This document shows positions 30,539-32,000 of a stretch of DNA of 32,000 bases, piece by piece. The notes below the pieces were generated by a model. It was given only the letters and a program-made list of their open reading frames with translations, was not told the DNA's origin and made no database searches. Each line of letters opens with the position of its first letter. The stretch's first letter is position 1. The stretch covers positions 150,001-182,000 of the forward strand of contig NC_011979.1 of NCBI RefSeq assembly GCF_000022265.1. The letters run 5' to 3'. The stretch is from Geotalea daltonii FRC-32. Lineage in GTDB: Bacteria; Desulfobacterota; Desulfuromonadia; Geobacterales; Geobacteraceae. The position numbers and the translations under genes are program-made.

Positions 30539-32000
30539 ATGACTTCATCAAAGCAGGTATTAACCGATTGCACCCTTTGCTATCACAGCTGCGGCACCAC
30601 CGTTACCGTCGAGGACGGCAAGGCGGTAAAGGTGGAGGGGCTGAAGGGGCACCCCATCAACTCCGACCAGCTTTGTCCAAAGGGTGAAGCGGCCCTTACC
30701 CATGTCTACTCTCCCCATCGCATCAAAACACCATTGAAGAAAGTGGATGGAAAGTTCGTGGAAATAACCTGGGACCAGGCACTGGACGAGATCTCCGCCA
30801 AGCTGCTCAAGCTGAAAGAGGAGTTCGGCCCCAGCGTCCTTGGCGTGTTCAGCGGTTCCATCGGCGTCGAAAACCTGGAGATGGCTCAATTGACACAGAG
30901 ATTCAAGGCGGCCTTCGGCTCCCCCAACTTCTTCTCCGTGGAAAGCATCTGCTATCGCATGCGCATCCGCACCAGGCAGATCACCTTCGGCAAGTACCCT
31001 ACTGAAGAACTGGATTCCAAGCTCTACATTCTCTGGGGACATAATCCGGACGCCAGTGATTTCCCTCTGAAACTGGCCCTGGAGCGGAATCTTGCCAAGG
31101 GTTCAAAACTGGTGGTCATCGACCCCCGGCGAACGCCAATGGCTGATCAGGCGGACATGTACCTGAAGATCCGTCCCGGCACCGATGGCGCCATGGCCAT
31201 GGCCATGCTCCATGTGATCATCAAGGAAGACCTGGTCGACCATGAGTTTGTCGACAAATTCACCATCGGCTTCGACAAGCTGGTACCCCATGTGGAGCCC
31301 TTTACCCCGGAATGGGCAGAGGAGATCACTTGGGTTCCCGCAGACAAAATACGGGAGTTGGCGCGACTTTTCGCCACCACCAAGGGGGCTTCCATTTTCC
31401 AGGGAACCTGTACCCAGGACCAGACCGCCGGCGGCACCCAGAACAGCCGCGCCTTTTCCGTGCTTCAGATCATTACCGGCAATATCAACGTCCCCGGCGG
31501 CTGGGTGATCAGCCCCCGCCCCCACTTCGGCAATGTGGGGCTCAACGTGGAGGGGGACCCTTTAGGCATGGATGAATACCCGCTCTTTATCGAGGTCTGG
31601 GGGAGAAAGAGTCCCTACGGCGTCATCACCATGGTGCCGGAGGCGATCCCCGACAAGTTGAAGGCTTTCTATGTGGTGGGAGGCAATCCCCTCGTCTCCA
31701 TGGCCGATTCCAATGCCTTCCGCGAGGCCTTCCGTCGCCTGGATCTCCTGGTGGTCCATGACATGTTCATGACCGAGACTGCCCAGGAGGCCCACTATGT
31801 GCTGCCTGCCTGTTCCCACCTGGAAAAGTGGGGTCTGGCCTATACTTACAACGTCTGCCACTGTCTGCCCTATCTGATGCTGCGCAAGAAGTGCATCGAA
31901 CCCATCGGCGAAAGCTGGTCGGAATGGAAGGTCTTCACCGAGTTGGCCAAGAGGCTCGGCATCGGCGACAAGTTCCCCTGGCAGAGTGAAGAAGAACTGA
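30539..32000 (+). CDS. cytoplasmic molybdopterin (Mo/W-bisPGD, DMSO-reductase family) oxidoreductase, N-terminal ~487 codons (continues past the right edge)
   Basis: Absent from the ORF track because it is open-ended. ATG at 30539 follows AAGGAG (30528-30533). MTSSKQVLTDCTLCYHSCGTTVTVEDGKAVKVEGLKGHPINSDQLCPKG gives a CxxCxxxC...C 4Fe-4S motif with no twin-arginine signal. Then ITWDQALDEISAKL, KLVVIDPRRTPMA, IRPGTDGAMA, VVGGNPLVS. Confidence 0.85.
   Translation, partial: MTSSKQVLTDCTLCYHSCGTTVTVEDGKAVKVEGLKGHPINSDQLCPKGEAALTHVYSPHRIKTPLKKVDGKFVEITWDQALDEISAKLLKLKEEFGPSVLGVFSGSIGVENLEMAQLTQRFKAAFGSPNFFSVESICYRMRIRTRQITFGKYPTEELDSKLYILWGHNPDASDFPLKLALERNLAKGSKLVVIDPRRTPMADQADMYLKIRPGTDGAMAMAMLHVIIKEDLVDHEFVDKFTIGFDKLVPHVEPFTPEWAEEITWVPADKIRELARLFATTKGASIFQGTCTQDQTAGGTQNSRAFSVLQIITGNINVPGGWVISPRPHFGNVGLNVEGDPLGMDEYPLFIEVWGRKSPYGVITMVPEAIPDKLKAFYVVGGNPLVSMADSNAFREAFRRLDLLVVHDMFMTETAQEAHYVLPACSHLEKWGLAYTYNVCHCLPYLMLRKKCIEPIGESWSEWKVFTELAKRLGIGDKFPWQSEEEL

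Noticed and set aside
1-32000. Search for rRNA, tRNA, CRISPR repeats, integrase/transposase genes and obvious phage or defence genes
   Set aside because: I saw no regularly spaced direct repeats, no conserved rRNA/tRNA/tmRNA/RNase P signature strings, and no recombinase-like ORFs. Absence is judged by eye only.

Overview
This is a 32-kb, moderately GC-rich bacterial chromosomal window. The gene content looks Desulfuromonadales/Geobacter-like (anaerobic phenol-type pps/UbiD/UbiX genes, many sigma54 activators, C5/G5 hairpin repeats), but that is inference only. All domain calls come from motif recognition by eye; nothing was searched.

I support 22 protein genes. Two are open-ended at the window edges and missing from the supplied ORF track: an MFS transporter at <1-1173 (-) and a molybdopterin oxidoreductase at 30539->32000 (+). 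I also support one decayed gene fragment, four -24/-12 (sigma54) promoters each beside a bEBP gene, two duplicated sigma70-type promoters, several hairpins/terminators, a 167-bp foldback (MITE-like) element and a small hairpin-repeat family. I saw no rRNA, tRNA, CRISPR array, transposase or integrase.

Layout:
1. MFS gene <- sigma54 promoter / control region -> XylR/DmpR-type activator 1, a PNPOx-like flavoprotein, and a fusion of archaeal-type riboflavin kinase with a HAD phosphatase.
2. A toxin-like gene remnant.
3. A cell-envelope island: a YafK-like L,D-transpeptidase, an Lpp/OprI-like lipoprotein ending in Arg-Lys, and a LysM-YkuD-SPOR L,D-transpeptidase.
4. A foldback element, then a PAS-PP2C phosphatase.
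5. A minus-strand sigma54-driven operon: ppsA-like, ppsB-like, a single UbiD, UPF0261, a CBS pair, UbiX, a phenol-type OMP and possibly an HD protein.
6. A twin control region, then XylR-type activator 2, a dCache histidine kinase and an NtrC-type regulator.
7. Sigma54-driven buk-ptb.
8. A repeat-rich gap.
9. A CBS-PAS sigma54 activator, tandem palindromes, a sigma54 promoter and a cytoplasmic Mo/W-bisPGD enzyme.

The main second-look items are the non-canonical phenylphosphate-type carboxylation operon with its embedded UPF0261 gene, the flavin-kinase/HAD module co-transcribed with the activator, the duplicated activator-plus-promoter modules, and the Braun-lipoprotein-like attach/detach locus.
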